DNA of 64,000 nucleotides from a virus. Below, one piece after another: positions 20,713 to 29,611 of the stretch (the first letter of the stretch is position 1; every line of letters begins with the position of its first letter). The DNA is taken from positions 2,644 through 66,643 of the IMG/VR virus record IMGVR_UViG_3300044701_004668. One strand, 5' to 3'. The notes beneath the pieces were generated by a model. That model saw only the letters and a list, made by a program, of their open reading frames with translations. It searched no databases and had not been told where the DNA came from. A program made the position numbers and the translations under genes.

Positions 20713-21048
20713 CTATTGCTGATCTGTTCCCGCAAACACTCGACCGGCGCTGCCGTATGGCAACTCATACTCGGCAAGACCACTTGGCAGTTCTTCCCCT
20801 ATCACATTGACAAACCAGCCAGGGCGATAGACGGCGGGAATGGCAACCGTGCCGTCGTCATTCATCACAGCCATTGTGTCAACAACGTCCCCAATCACGT
20901 CAATGCCCCAACTGTAGTAGGTGCCATCGCTGCGCTGCTCTTGACCAGCAGTTCGCAGTTGATCGGTTTCATCGTCCCAATAGCCGAGTGCTTTCGCCAC
21001 TGTTACGGCAGTTGGCTGATCAGGGAATCGAAGCGTAACGTAGATCAT
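20713..21048 (-). CDS. Putative fibre assembly chaperone
   Basis: ATG 21048 overlaps the upstream stop (ATGA). IDVIG...GWFVN...RVFAG pattern of small proteins that follow fibre genes. Confidence 0.55.
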   Translation of the reverse strand: MIYVTLRFPDQPTAVTVAKALGYWDDETDQLRTAGQEQRSDGTYYSWGIDVIGDVVDTMAVMNDDGTVAIPAVYRPGWFVNVIGEELPSGLAEYELPYGSAGRVFAGTDQQ

Positions 21049-22136
21049 CGCCTTGTCAGGGTCGCCATGAGATCGGCGGTAAAACGAGCGGGCCAATAAG
21101 TAATGCGACCAAAAGTTTTAACATTTATCATGTTTTGATCGGCTGAGCCAAAAATAAGTCCCGGACTTGTTGGGAGGCCATCTCCCGGCACGGTACGGAG
21201 CAAAGCTGTGGGAAGGCCGTTTTTTGTGATTTGATAGTACGTGTTTGCTGTGTCACGCCAAAATGTATAACCATAGTTTGACTGAACCCCAAGATCAATG
21301 CCCACGCCAAATGCGCTAAAGGCTACGCCCGTTGTACTATTACTACACAAAACGGTTGTACTCAGCAACCTATTTTCTCCGCCGCCATTGAACTGTGCGT
21401 AGCGCGTTAATCCACCGCCTGCCACTCTCGTAAACCGTTGAAACAAAAAGGTGAATTCATTGCCGCTGAAAAATGATGAAGGTATAATGGCAATGTCTCC
21501 GCTTCTCGTTGCCGCAGCACCTGCAGTGGGAATGTAACTTGTCCTGAGGCCCCCTGACTCTAGCTGCGCGTTAAGCACCTCGCCAGTAACTGTCAGCGTA
21601 AGCGTGCCCGCTGCTGCTGGCGCGAAGATCAGCGACACTCGATTCCGCTCAAGGCTACCTGCTCCCACTAGGGGGCCAGCAGTAGATGCTCCAGAAAGAG
21701 CAATACTTCCAGTACCAGTGAAATGCAATACGTAACTCGTTTGAGCCACTGCAACGCTTTGAGTGCTAAGAACACTTGAGTTTAGCAGCAGATTTGTTCC
21801 TGCAGGCTCAATAAGCAGACCGAGACACCCGCCCGTGGTTGCGCTATGAGTGAATCTTGGTTCATTGATGCTTGCAATCTGCAGTTCACCGCCAGCATCA
21901 ACGAAAGTCGCAGTCGATGCTCTTGAAAAAGAAACCAGACTGCCTCCCGTGACCTGATCTTGCAAAGACTTTGCATCCGCAAATCGCAGATCAAACTGCG
22001 GCACTTGCCCAATGCGCTGCCACAAGTCATCAGCTTGCGGCCAAGTTTGCTCTGCCCGCAATGCGCGTCGCCTCGGCCATCCCCCTTGCGCTATGGCCCA
22101 GCCTGGATTTGCCCAGCTCAGTGGTGAGGTGTTCAC
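21045..22136 (-). CDS. Fibre / lectin-like (LamG-type) receptor-binding protein
   Basis: FSRASTATFVD...PRF...GLLIE..TNL...AQLESG...TSYIPT..AATR motif set. Probable GTG start at 22136. Confidence 0.7.
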   Translation of the reverse strand: MNTSPLSWANPGWAIAQGGWPRRRALRAEQTWPQADDLWQRIGQVPQFDLRFADAKSLQDQVTGGSLVSFSRASTATFVDAGGELQIASINEPRFTHSATTGGCLGLLIEPAGTNLLLNSSVLSTQSVAVAQTSYVLHFTGTGSIALSGASTAGPLVGAGSLERNRVSLIFAPAAAGTLTLTVTGEVLNAQLESGGLRTSYIPTAGAAATRSGDIAIIPSSFFSGNEFTFLFQRFTRVAGGGLTRYAQFNGGGENRLLSTTVLCSNSTTGVAFSAFGVGIDLGVQSNYGYTFWRDTANTYYQITKNGLPTALLRTVPGDGLPTSPGLIFGSADQNMINVKTFGRITYWPARFTADLMATLTRR

Positions 22137-22525
22137 GTTAGGTCGGCAGCCAGCGCCCATACCTGCGTGGCTTGGCTGATCGTCGTAGTGCAGCCTAGCC
22201 TCGCATTTGCATTAGGAAGTACCAGATTGGTATAAGCCGCTAGGTTTCTAGCGGCCTTGCCGGTATTGCTCGATATGGCCGCAGAAATGAGAATTTGATC
22301 AAACAGCGACCAAGTTGTACCACCATCGAGTGACAAGAACAGATTGACCAGTGCAGTAGCCGAAGTAGCCAAGCATTGTGTATTGATCTCCAACACGCGA
22401 GTACCTGCCGCTACGCCAATGAGCAGTGTTTCAATGGCGCCAGTGCCATCGAGTGCAGTATTGGCTATGGAGAGGCTAGCACGACCGATGCGAGGCGTCG
22501 AAACAAAGGAGGGTGATGTAGCCAT
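22133..22525 (-). CDS. Virion accessory protein
   Basis: 130 aa (MATSPSF...ANTALDGTG) coupled within the fibre cassette. Confidence 0.55.
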   Translation of the reverse strand: MATSPSFVSTPRIGRASLSIANTALDGTGAIETLLIGVAAGTRVLEINTQCLATSATALVNLFLSLDGGTTWSLFDQILISAAISSNTGKAARNLAAYTNLVLPNANARLGCTTTISQATQVWALAADLT

Positions 22526-22528
22526 GAT

Positions 22529-22882
22529 TCAGATGTAGAAGGCTGAAAGGATTAGGGCGGAAGTGGCTCTGGTCTGCTGAACACTACCGGCAGAAGCAGC
22601 AGCGGCATTGGCACTGTCTAATGCTGATGCAGCAGATCCAGATGCCGCCAAAGCACTTGCGGCGGCCTCATCGGCAGATAGCTCAGCAGCGTCTGCATAG
22701 GCCATTGCAATGCTGTTGGCTTCCTCTGCCAAGCTCGCCAACCACTCGGCCTCAGTTCCTGTAAACCCCTCTTCAACCGCTATAACATAAGCACTTTTAC
22801 CAGGCGGACCAGCAACCCCAGGAGTCCTGAGAATAATATTTCGCTGCCCATAAATAGTAGAGGCGGCAACCGGCTGAGTCAT
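22529..22882 (-). CDS. Fibre adaptor with GKSAY...EWLASL motif
   Basis: IILRTPG..GPPGKSAY..A...GF.GTE.EWLASL followed by an Ala-rich coil. Confidence 0.65.
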   Translation of the reverse strand: MTQPVAASTIYGQRNIILRTPGVAGPPGKSAYVIAVEEGFTGTEAEWLASLAEEANSIAMAYADAAELSADEAAASALAASGSAASALDSANAAAASAGSVQQTRATSALILSAFYI

Positions 22883-23217
22883 GATGTATAACCCTCCGAA
22901 ACAAAAACAAGCCCCTCAATCACATAATAAGGATTGGACAGTGAATCGACCACCTGCAGATCGTAGAAACATTCGCAGGGAAGAGAAATAGTGCTTGCAG
23001 CCGGCAGGGTCCAGTAAAACTGCCCAAGCTCAGCGTCAATGTATTCAATGACGAAATCAGCCAGTTTATTTTCTCTGTTTTTGTCCCAAATCTCAGAATA
23101 TACATTTGCGCCCGTGAGATCAATCGGATTATCGGCTTCGTCTCGCAGCTCAACATGATACCGCCAAGTGGCTCTTCGCTGAATAGGGATATTCCATTTT
23201 CCTGGCTGAATTGACAT
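22879..23217 (-). CDS. BppU-like fibre attachment domain protein
   Basis: PIDLTG...G...L....T......YDL...EG pattern of stand-alone baseplate-upper-like domains. Confidence 0.65.
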   Translation of the reverse strand: MSIQPGKWNIPIQRRATWRYHVELRDEADNPIDLTGANVYSEIWDKNRENKLADFVIEYIDAELGQFYWTLPAASTISLPCECFYDLQVVDSLSNPYYVIEGLVFVSEGYTS

Positions 23218-23274
23218 GACGGAATAGCTCTTGATCTTACCTTAGCAAACCTGGGAGGGCAGAGGTAGGCGGAC

Positions 23275-23300
23275 AAAGAAAAGCCCCTCTTGCGAGGGGC
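23275..23300 (-). terminator. Rho-independent terminator after the major tail gene
   Basis: GCCCCTC-GCAA-GAGGGGC followed by TTTTCTTT. Confidence 0.85.
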
Positions 23301-23327
23301 GAAGGGGCGAGAAAGAGAAAAGTAAAT

Positions 23328-24080
23328 TCAGCTCTTCAGCAGGTCGAAAGTAGGAGTGCCGGAAGGACGGAAGTTGATCGACACAGACTGAGCATCATCA
23401 GGGTTGATGCCAAGGCTCGCAGAGGTGAGCACGATGGGCGACTCGATGAAGCGGCTCAGGGTGTCGCTGACGCTGCCCCCGGAAACCACTTGGTCGATAT
23501 ACAGCTTGACGCGAGCACCGAGCTGTTTGCGCTGAATCACGTCCTGAATCATGCGATTCGCAAACGACGTATCATCTTCAGTGGTGTAAACAGTTGCAGT
23601 GCCGGTGCCGTCTGCGAAACCTGTCACGAACTGACGGAACGGAGCGTACTGGCCGGTTCCCTGCCCGATCACGGTAACGTCGATCTCGTTACGAGTGATC
23701 TCAAAGGTCCAGTCACGAACCTGCAGGAGGATCTGGTGATCCTTGAACTTGATGCTTGCCTTGTTGCCATTGAAGCCAGAGGGCTGAGCGGTTGCAGTTG
23801 CAGCACTGCCGCCTTCCGTGCTGGAAATCGTCATGATGCCGGTATCGGCAGCATAGGTCTTGACGTAGTAATCACCAGCAGTGATTGCGCCCGTGGTGGT
23901 AGAGCCAACCGGATAGGCCAGGGTCACTCGGTCCCCAACACGGAAACCTTGGAAAACGCCAACCTGGATGTTGGAGCCAGTGGAGGGAAAATCGGTGGCG
24001 AGGAGGCAAACTTCGGTGCCAGCGGGCTTATAGTAAAAAGCCCCAGAAGTCCCAGTCAGGACAGTAGTTTCGCAGGACAT
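23328..24080 (-). CDS. Major tail tube protein
   Basis: 250 aa, LTGTSGAFYY...VRDWTFEITRNEIDVT...GFADGTG...INFRP. Strongly biased codon use, lies after the neck genes. Confidence 0.85.
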   Translation of the reverse strand: MSCETTVLTGTSGAFYYKPAGTEVCLLATDFPSTGSNIQVGVFQGFRVGDRVTLAYPVGSTTTGAITAGDYYVKTYAADTGIMTISSTEGGSAATATAQPSGFNGNKASIKFKDHQILLQVRDWTFEITRNEIDVTVIGQGTGQYAPFRQFVTGFADGTGTATVYTTEDDTSFANRMIQDVIQRKQLGARVKLYIDQVVSGGSVSDTLSRFIESPIVLTSASLGINPDDAQSVSINFRPSGTPTFDLLKS

Positions 24081-24145
24081 TGTTGTTTAGGCGAAAAACG
24101 GCAATGCGGGCACTGCCCGACTACGAACACGGTAGCCAGATGAGA

Positions 24146-24640
24146 TCAGTCGGAACAGGGAACTGTTGCCTGCCAGCCAGTCGAGATTTTGCCCATAAAA
24201 TGCGGAACATAATTCGCAAGAGACGCCTCAATTGACTCGGTTCTTTCCTGGAAAAAGTCAGGCCCAACGATTTCACTGGTTCTCACAAACACATGAGAAT
24301 TTGTTTTTCGACTCGCCCCAAGCTGTTGAATAATTCCAGCGGCAATCGCAATAAGCTCCTGGCATCTTGCAGGTCCGCCCCCAATAGGAGCAAAGCAGCG
24401 AATGATCAGGGCGCCCCTGGCATTTTTTAGACTAGAAGAAAGACCGCAAACGCCCATCATGCCGAATGTCAAATTGACACGCACGTACTCATTTGGCGCG
24501 TCAGGCGGAACAGCAGTGATGTTATCAAAATACACCGGAACTGGCGGAACTTGAGAGTTGAAAGCGGTTAGCAATGGCGCTTCAATTGCAGCTCTAATGC
24601 GCTGATAGTCCGTTAGCTGGTTTACTGATTGATCAGCCAT
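24146..24640 (-). CDS. Tail terminator protein
   Basis: YQRIRAAIE...VYFDN...G.G pattern, immediately upstream of the tail tube gene. Confidence 0.6.
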   Translation of the reverse strand: MADQSVNQLTDYQRIRAAIEAPLLTAFNSQVPPVPVYFDNITAVPPDAPNEYVRVNLTFGMMGVCGLSSSLKNARGALIIRCFAPIGGGPARCQELIAIAAGIIQQLGASRKTNSHVFVRTSEIVGPDFFQERTESIEASLANYVPHFMGKISTGWQATVPCSD

Positions 24641-24642
24641 TT

Positions 24643-25224
24643 TTAGTCGATCCTAATTCCAAGTTCAACGCCGCCCTCAAGGGATTTTTGAAGACCGCCC
24701 CCATTCAAATAGTCAATATACCAGTCAAGCTTTGCGGTGATCACAGCTTTACCTGGCGACCCATCTTTTCGCCTCCCGCCAGAAAGAATAGAGCCGCGAA
24801 TGCCGGGATTGCTTCTCAAGCCCTTGTCAACAACTCGACCTTGCGGCTCAAATTCTTGAGCAAAAAACACATCCCCTTCTAAGTCAAGTGCCTGAGGTGC
24901 GTAAGGCGCAGTATTTTCAATGGTAAATTTAATTTTTCTTCCAAGCTCTCTTGAAATAGTTGTGGAAAGCTGAGGAACTTGAGACATGCTGTATGGGTAG
25001 CCCCCGCCAACCGAACCAGTAGCGCCCTTGCCAACTGGAATGGCGATCCAGCTATCCCGAAAGGCCCCGCTGTAATTAGGCCCAGCTTCCGCAAGATCAT
25101 TCATAATCTCGACAGCAGCTCTTCTGGCTATATTGTTAATCTTCCTTTTCGTATCCTCCGCAAGATCAGCCAGGCGCTTGCCAGAAGAAGAATATCCGCG
25201 ACGCTGTGAACGCTTTGGTGCCAT
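24643..25224 (-). CDS. Neck protein (HK97 gp10-like)
   Basis: GP..SGAFRDSW...N.APYA motif. Confidence 0.65.
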   Translation of the reverse strand: MAPKRSQRRGYSSSGKRLADLAEDTKRKINNIARRAAVEIMNDLAEAGPNYSGAFRDSWIAIPVGKGATGSVGGGYPYSMSQVPQLSTTISRELGRKIKFTIENTAPYAPQALDLEGDVFFAQEFEPQGRVVDKGLRSNPGIRGSILSGGRRKDGSPGKAVITAKLDWYIDYLNGGGLQKSLEGGVELGIRID

Positions 25225-25601
25225 TATCCCAGCCTCCCAACAGCTACATGCAGTATAGGACTGTCCCCTCGATAGGAAAGCATTCCAATAATTTTTGCAG
25301 TTCTCTTCACCCCGTTTTGCATATAGCCAATCGAGTCGGTTGTCTGAGGATAATAGGAGCCAAGGGAAGAGGCTGCGATGATCATCTTCACATCAGTCAT
25401 TTGATAAAGGCCCTGAACTTCCTCTGGCCTCAACTGTGTTACGACAATCTTGATCGGAATCTCTTGATCACAGCCAAATACAGTTCCAGTTTCGGGGTCG
25501 TACTGTCTATTAGGCGATGCCTTAAAATAAGTAGCAGAAATCCCCCACTGAGCAATCAGCGGCCCCGGAATGCCCCCAAATACCTGATCTACGAGTGACA
25601 T
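25224..25601 (-). CDS. Head closure / head-tail joining protein
   Basis: 125 aa with YDPETG motif, in the expected syntenic position. Confidence 0.6.
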   Translation of the reverse strand: MSLVDQVFGGIPGPLIAQWGISATYFKASPNRQYDPETGTVFGCDQEIPIKIVVTQLRPEEVQGLYQMTDVKMIIAASSLGSYYPQTTDSIGYMQNGVKRTAKIIGMLSYRGDSPILHVAVGRLG

Positions 25602-25606
25602 GGCAA

Positions 25607-26269
25607 TCAGAGAGGATTACTGGCCCAACCGCCATAAGACGGAAAAACCTGGCCCCCGGAAAATCTAATGCGACGCCCCCTGAAGGCCCCAGCAGCATAA
25701 AACGGGTCAACCATTGCAACACTATTTTTTGTCAGGTAAGGCTGATGAAAACTGCTATCAATAATATACCTTGACAATATATCCATTGCAAAAGGCGGGA
25801 TGAACTCAAAGCCAGACTGAGACGAATCATCATTTTTGTATTTAACACGAAGAGCCCCGCTACCAAGCTCAACCTCTTCGTATTGATCATTTTGCCTCAA
25901 CGTAACACCACCATCGTTGTCAGAGGCCAGCCCGGTATAACCCCCAGTGGCTGTCAGAAATGCCGCCATGTAAGAGACGGCAATTTCAAAATCAAGAGGC
26001 AGTTCATCGTTTGGCAGAACACGCCCATCAATTTTGATCATTCTCGGCCATGCAAGTGATTGCTCCTGAGTCGCAACAGCCCCCTTCCACTTCAAGGGGT
26101 TGATGGTCATAGAAGCAGCAACAAGAGTCTGCTCTTTTTGCGTAGTACTCAGAGACAGCCAGGAAGTAATCCCAGGACTGGCCGGAAGCTCAGACAGAAG
26201 AGATGAGGCCCTCGCAACACTTACGAAGGAATTTGCGTTAGACGCGCCCAGTGTTGATACGAAGGCCAT
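25607..26269 (-). CDS. Head-tail adaptor protein
   Basis: GASNANSFVSV...WKG.....QSLAWPR motif of adaptor proteins that follow the capsid gene. Confidence 0.7.
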   Translation of the reverse strand: MAFVSTLGASNANSFVSVARASSLLSELPASPGITSWLSLSTTQKEQTLVAASMTINPLKWKGAVATQEQSLAWPRMIKIDGRVLPNDELPLDFEIAVSYMAAFLTATGGYTGLASDNDGGVTLRQNDQYEEVELGSGALRVKYKNDDSSQSGFEFIPPFAMDILSRYIIDSSFHQPYLTKNSVAMVDPFYAAGAFRGRRIRFSGGQVFPSYGGWASNPL

Positions 26270-26288
26270 TTTCTATCTCGGTTGCCCC

Positions 26289-26486
26289 TCAGACAGTTTT
26301 CTTTACAGCCGTCTGAGGCTTTGCTTTCACGGTAGCGGAAGGCGCAGCCTGCGACTGAGGCGCCTTTTGCACGGGCTCGGGTGCTTTCATTTCGCACGCA
26401 GGCTCGGGCTGCTGTTCCTCAGCAAGTTTCGCGGCCATTTCGGCCTCACGCTCTTCTTGTGCAATACGGAAAGTAGCAATAGACAT
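26289..26486 (-). CDS. Small hypothetical protein after the capsid gene
   Basis: ATG 26486, MSIATFRIAQEERE..., with a low-complexity tail. Confidence 0.55.
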   Translation of the reverse strand: MSIATFRIAQEEREAEMAAKLAEEQQPEPACEMKAPEPVQKAPQSQAAPSATVKAKPQTAVKKTV

Positions 26487-26497
26487 GGGTTTGCATG

Positions 26498-26535
26498 AAA
26501 AAGGCCCTATCAGCATACTAGATGCCAACAGGGCC
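26498..26535 (-). terminator. Terminator after the major capsid gene
   Basis: GGCCCTGTTGGCAT-CTAGT-ATGCTGATAGGGCC followed by TTTTT. Confidence 0.8.
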
Positions 26536-26564
26536 GAGAAGCAGTCAATCAACAAGATAGTCGA

Positions 26565-27551
26565 TCAGACGTAGCAGAGCAGACGGGTGATGCGAATGTT
26601 CCGGTCATCGGTGAACACCTTGCTCCAGTTGGAGCCGGTGGCCAGCTCGACATTGCTCGGAGCATTGCCAGCAGCGTTGCCGACCCAGGAAATGCCGTTC
26701 GGGTGAACGAGATAGTGGGTGCGGTTGATCAGGTAGTCGATACCCTTCAGCGAATCGCGGTCGGTCTCCACCGGAGTCTTGGCAGGAGCGTTCGCATAAG
26801 CGAAAGCGCCAGGGCCGAAGAAGTAGGTGTGATGAGCGGTCTTGCCGCTGCCGTCACCAGTGCCGGCCTCGGTCGGCAGGGTGTCGTCCACGAACACCGG
26901 GCGGCCCAGGTAGGTGCCCAGCTCCAGACGCTGCTCAGAGAGGCGGGTGTCGAGCTGACTGGTGGTGCTGGCGGGCTCGATCAGGTCGAGCTTCATCAGG
27001 GCGTAGTAGACCGGGGAGCGCATGATCACGCCGGTCAGCTCCTGGCCAGCGTCACCCAGCTTGGCGATGCCGTCCACCATCAGGCCCTGGGTCAGGGCGG
27101 TACCGGTGCCCCCGACAGCGTGAGAGCTGGTCAGCGGGCCGCCAGTGCCGAAAAGGCCCTTGAGCACGTTGATCATGGTCTTCTGCATGTCGCGCACCCA
27201 ATACTGACCAGTGCGGCGAGCAATGGCCTGCATGGGGTCGGAACCAGCCAGTTCGCCAGCCAGGTCAGAGGCGCTCCAGGCACGGCCACGCATGTTGCGA
27301 ACGCCGGTCTGCACATCGCCAGCAAGGTTGGCAGCGGTGAGACCGGTCACATCCGAGAGAATCTCGGAATCGCCGGTCAGATCACCGAAGAAGGGCAGGT
27401 CGATGGTTTTGCCGCCCTTGGCGAATTCAGCCTGGATGGCATCGTTCGTCACCATCAGGCCAGAAGTGGCCAGGGCATTTTTGTCTTGGATCTCTTCCTG
27501 TTGATACTCAAGGAAGAGCTGGGGAATAAAGGGAACGCCTGCGAGCAGCAT
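26565..27551 (-). CDS. Major capsid protein
   Basis: Start at ATG 27551. GGKTIDLPFFGDL...DLAGELAGSDPM..IA...ETDRD....D.LI.R....HP.G motifs, very strong codon bias, downstream of the scaffold. Confidence 0.9.
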   Translation of the reverse strand: MLLAGVPFIPQLFLEYQQEEIQDKNALATSGLMVTNDAIQAEFAKGGKTIDLPFFGDLTGDSEILSDVTGLTAANLAGDVQTGVRNMRGRAWSASDLAGELAGSDPMQAIARRTGQYWVRDMQKTMINVLKGLFGTGGPLTSSHAVGGTGTALTQGLMVDGIAKLGDAGQELTGVIMRSPVYYALMKLDLIEPASTTSQLDTRLSEQRLELGTYLGRPVFVDDTLPTEAGTGDGSGKTAHHTYFFGPGAFAYANAPAKTPVETDRDSLKGIDYLINRTHYLVHPNGISWVGNAAGNAPSNVELATGSNWSKVFTDDRNIRITRLLCYV

Positions 27552-27732
27552 TGTTTTTGCCTCGTTGAGGTAGTGATTTGCTTGTTCGATTCGCAAGCTC
27601 GGCACTGCCGACAGAGACGAGGCTGGCCCATGCCAATCGCTCTCTCAACACTTGGATCTGTGCGGTACAACCGCTGGCATTTGGGCACTGCCTCAAACGC
27701 CGTAACAGATACAGCATAGCAGCAAACCCAAC

Positions 27733-27756
27733 AAAAAAGCCCGGCTTATGCCGGGC
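27733..27756 (-). terminator. Rho-independent terminator
   Basis: GCCCGGC-ATAA-GCCGGGC followed by TTTTTT. Confidence 0.85.
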
Positions 27757-27779
27757 CAAAGGGGCGTGAAAAGAAAAAC

Positions 27780-28070
27780 TCAGGGGGTGACATCCAGAGT
27801 CCAGCCCTTGCCAGTGGCAACAGCTTTTTCACCAGTGGTGACAGTTGCATTTCCAGTGGTCCCGGAAATGTCCAGGGTCTGAGTGCCGGTCACAGTCGGA
27901 AGACCAGCAAAAAGACTGACCAGATCGGTGCGAGTAAAAGCAGCGGGAATCACGTACACGCTGCCGCTGGCCATCCCAGCGTCATAGGCGATGCGAAGAG
28001 CCGTAACCACTTCCTCAACGGCGGAAGTGATTTGGCGACCAATCACGTTGCGATCAGTTTTGTAAGGCAT
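27780..28070 (-). CDS. Small virion protein, possible capsid decoration
   Basis: ATG 28070, MPYKTDRN...KAVATGKGWT. Has its own terminator and sits just upstream of the capsid gene. Confidence 0.55.
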   Translation of the reverse strand: MPYKTDRNVIGRQITSAVEEVVTALRIAYDAGMASGSVYVIPAAFTRTDLVSLFAGLPTVTGTQTLDISGTTGNATVTTGEKAVATGKGWTLDVTP

Positions 28071-28104
28071 GTGGTTGAGTTGAGCGCTCTGCATCATGAT
28101 AGCG

Positions 28105-28320
28105 ATGAATCCCAAAGCCCCCCGGACAGTGGCCAGAAGAGAATTCAACACCCCTGTACGAGAGCCCTGGAACGACGCAATCAGAGAAATACTGAAAGCG
28201 ATTGACAATCACAATCAAATTTATTTTGAAACAAAAAATTTCTGGCACATTGAAAAGGCCAGGCAGCTAAGGGAGTATGTAAAAGAATTGAAAGACTGGA
28301 TTAAGCTCAATGAGGGTTGA
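28105..28320 (+). CDS. Small hypothetical protein on the opposite strand
   Basis: REFNTPVREPWN...LKAIDNH..., a protein-like sequence filling an otherwise empty gap. Confidence 0.55.
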   Translation: MNPKAPRTVARREFNTPVREPWNDAIREILKAIDNHNQIYFETKNFWHIEKARQLREYVKELKDWIKLNEG

Positions 28321-28900
28321 CCGAATCAACACAATCCTTAAACGCGGAAATATTGACTCTGCCCTTGGCAAACCACAACTCTTTTGGGCAGCCTGCATCC
28401 ATTCTCCTTTTCACGGTGCTTCGATCTACGCCAGCCAGCTTGGCTGCGTCACCTAGGCACATATTCTCACCATTGTAGCTGACCATGATAGTAGTGCGAC
28501 GATTTCGTGACTGCTCACCAGCAGTTGCCCATCTAACATTACCGGGCTCATAGTGACCATTTACATCTATTCGATCAAGCGTCATGCCTTCCGGCCTTGG
28601 CCCAAGCTCTTCAAGAAATTGCTCATACGACTCAAATCTAAATTCAACATGCCCATAGGCGCCATTGTGATTTCTGGCAACCCTGCCCTTCGCCAATCTA
28701 TAAGAGGTGTAAGCTCCTTGTTCGGTACAAAGCTCACCCTGCTTCTTCTTCCATGTAACCGGTCTCGATTTCATCGCACAGCTTTTACACATCAAAGTAG
28801 TACCATCTTTTTTTGCTTTTGCCAGCAAGTCTTTTCTTGTTGTTCTAATATTTTTACAAGATGGACACTGCACTTCGACGTAGCCATGATGAGCGGCCAT
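28307..28900 (-). CDS. Free-standing HNH homing endonuclease
   Basis: CxxC...CxxC zinc finger, GPRPEGMTLDRIDVNGHYEPGNVRWAT...Q.RN HNH motif and a C-terminal HTH. Start taken at ATG 28900. Confidence 0.88.
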   Translation of the reverse strand: MAAHHGYVEVQCPSCKNIRTTRKDLLAKAKKDGTTLMCKSCAMKSRPVTWKKKQGELCTEQGAYTSYRLAKGRVARNHNGAYGHVEFRFESYEQFLEELGPRPEGMTLDRIDVNGHYEPGNVRWATAGEQSRNRRTTIMVSYNGENMCLGDAAKLAGVDRSTVKRRMDAGCPKELWFAKGRVNISAFKDCVDSVNPH

Positions 28901-28934
28901 GAGAAGAGGAGGAGGCGGTGAACTGGTTACCAGT

Positions 28935-29228
28935 TTACCACTTAGTAGTCGAAGCCCACCAAGCCGCCGAAAGACGCCCTCTGGCGATATTCTTGGCATG
29001 GCGAGCCTTAAACGCCTCTCGCCTTGCCCGGTAAGCAGCGGTCTCACCCTCTTTCTTGGGTGATCCAGAAACACCTTGCTGCCCAAAGCGAATAACTTTG
29101 TAGGTATCCCCCTCCTTGGCCATGACCACATGGGATTTGGTCGGATGATTCGGAGTACGCTTGGGCTTGTTTACCCCAGAAAGGCCCAACTCCTTCATCT
29201 TGTTCTTGACCCTTTCAGGCACAGCCAT
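28935..29228 (-). CDS. Small basic phage protein
   Basis: KPKRTP.HP.KSHVV.A......IRFGQQG...FKARH...SAAWW...W, a widespread phage family pattern. Confidence 0.75.
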   Translation of the reverse strand: MAVPERVKNKMKELGLSGVNKPKRTPNHPTKSHVVMAKEGDTYKVIRFGQQGVSGSPKKEGETAAYRARREAFKARHAKNIARGRLSAAWWASTTKW

Positions 29229-29230
29229 GA

Positions 29231-29383
29231 TCACTTCCTCTTTTTTGCGGTTTTGGCGGATCGCTTGAAAGCGCCCTTTTCCGGGTAATCCTTTTCGCCA
29301 GGGCGAGCTTTCCTTTCTTTCGCCCCAGCAGCAATTCGCTTGCGCTTGGCATTGATGTTGTAATACAGGCCCTTGCGTGCCAT
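29231..29383 (-). CDS. Small Lys/Arg-rich protein
   Basis: MARKGLYYNINAKRKRI...AFKRSAKTAKK. Confidence 0.7.
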   Translation of the reverse strand: MARKGLYYNINAKRKRIAAGAKERKARPGEKDYPEKGAFKRSAKTAKKRK

Positions 29384-29384
29384 G

Positions 29385-29531
29385 TCACTTCCTCTTGGGT
29401 TTCTTTTTGCTAGACTTGCCAGCTTGGCTATAAGCAATGGCAATAGCCTGTTTTTGCGGGTAGCCCTCCTTCCTCAGCTTTTCGATGTTGGAGGAAATAG
29501 TTTTTTTTGACCCGCCCTTCTTTAGAGGCAT
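29385..29531 (-). CDS. Small Lys-rich protein
   Basis: [16 protein letters not shown].....[13 protein letters not shown], a common phage head-region family. Confidence 0.75.
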   Translation of the reverse strand: MPLKKGGSKKTISSNIEKLRKEGYPQKQAIAIAYSQAGKSSKKKPKRK

Positions 29532-29557
29532 TGCTGGATGGCAGCCATACATACTAT

Positions 29558-29585
29558 AAAGCCCCACCCCCAGGAGGGGCAGGGC
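29558..29585 (-). terminator. Terminator after the scaffold gene
   Basis: GCCCTGCCCC-TCCT-GGGGGTGGGGC followed by TTT. Confidence 0.55.
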
Positions 29586-29611
29586 AAAAAATAAAAGAGG
29601 GGGCGTGAAAA

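Noticed and set aside
26703-27719. 338-aa plus-strand ORF opposite the capsid gene
   Set aside because: Antisense shadow caused by strong codon bias. The same applies to 23490-24143, 30065-30481 and 510-1184.
28307-28935. HNH gene as part of a group I intron
   Set aside because: Flanking genes look intact and there is no room for intron core helices, so it is treated as free-standing. The ORF-track extension to 29131 overlaps a real gene.
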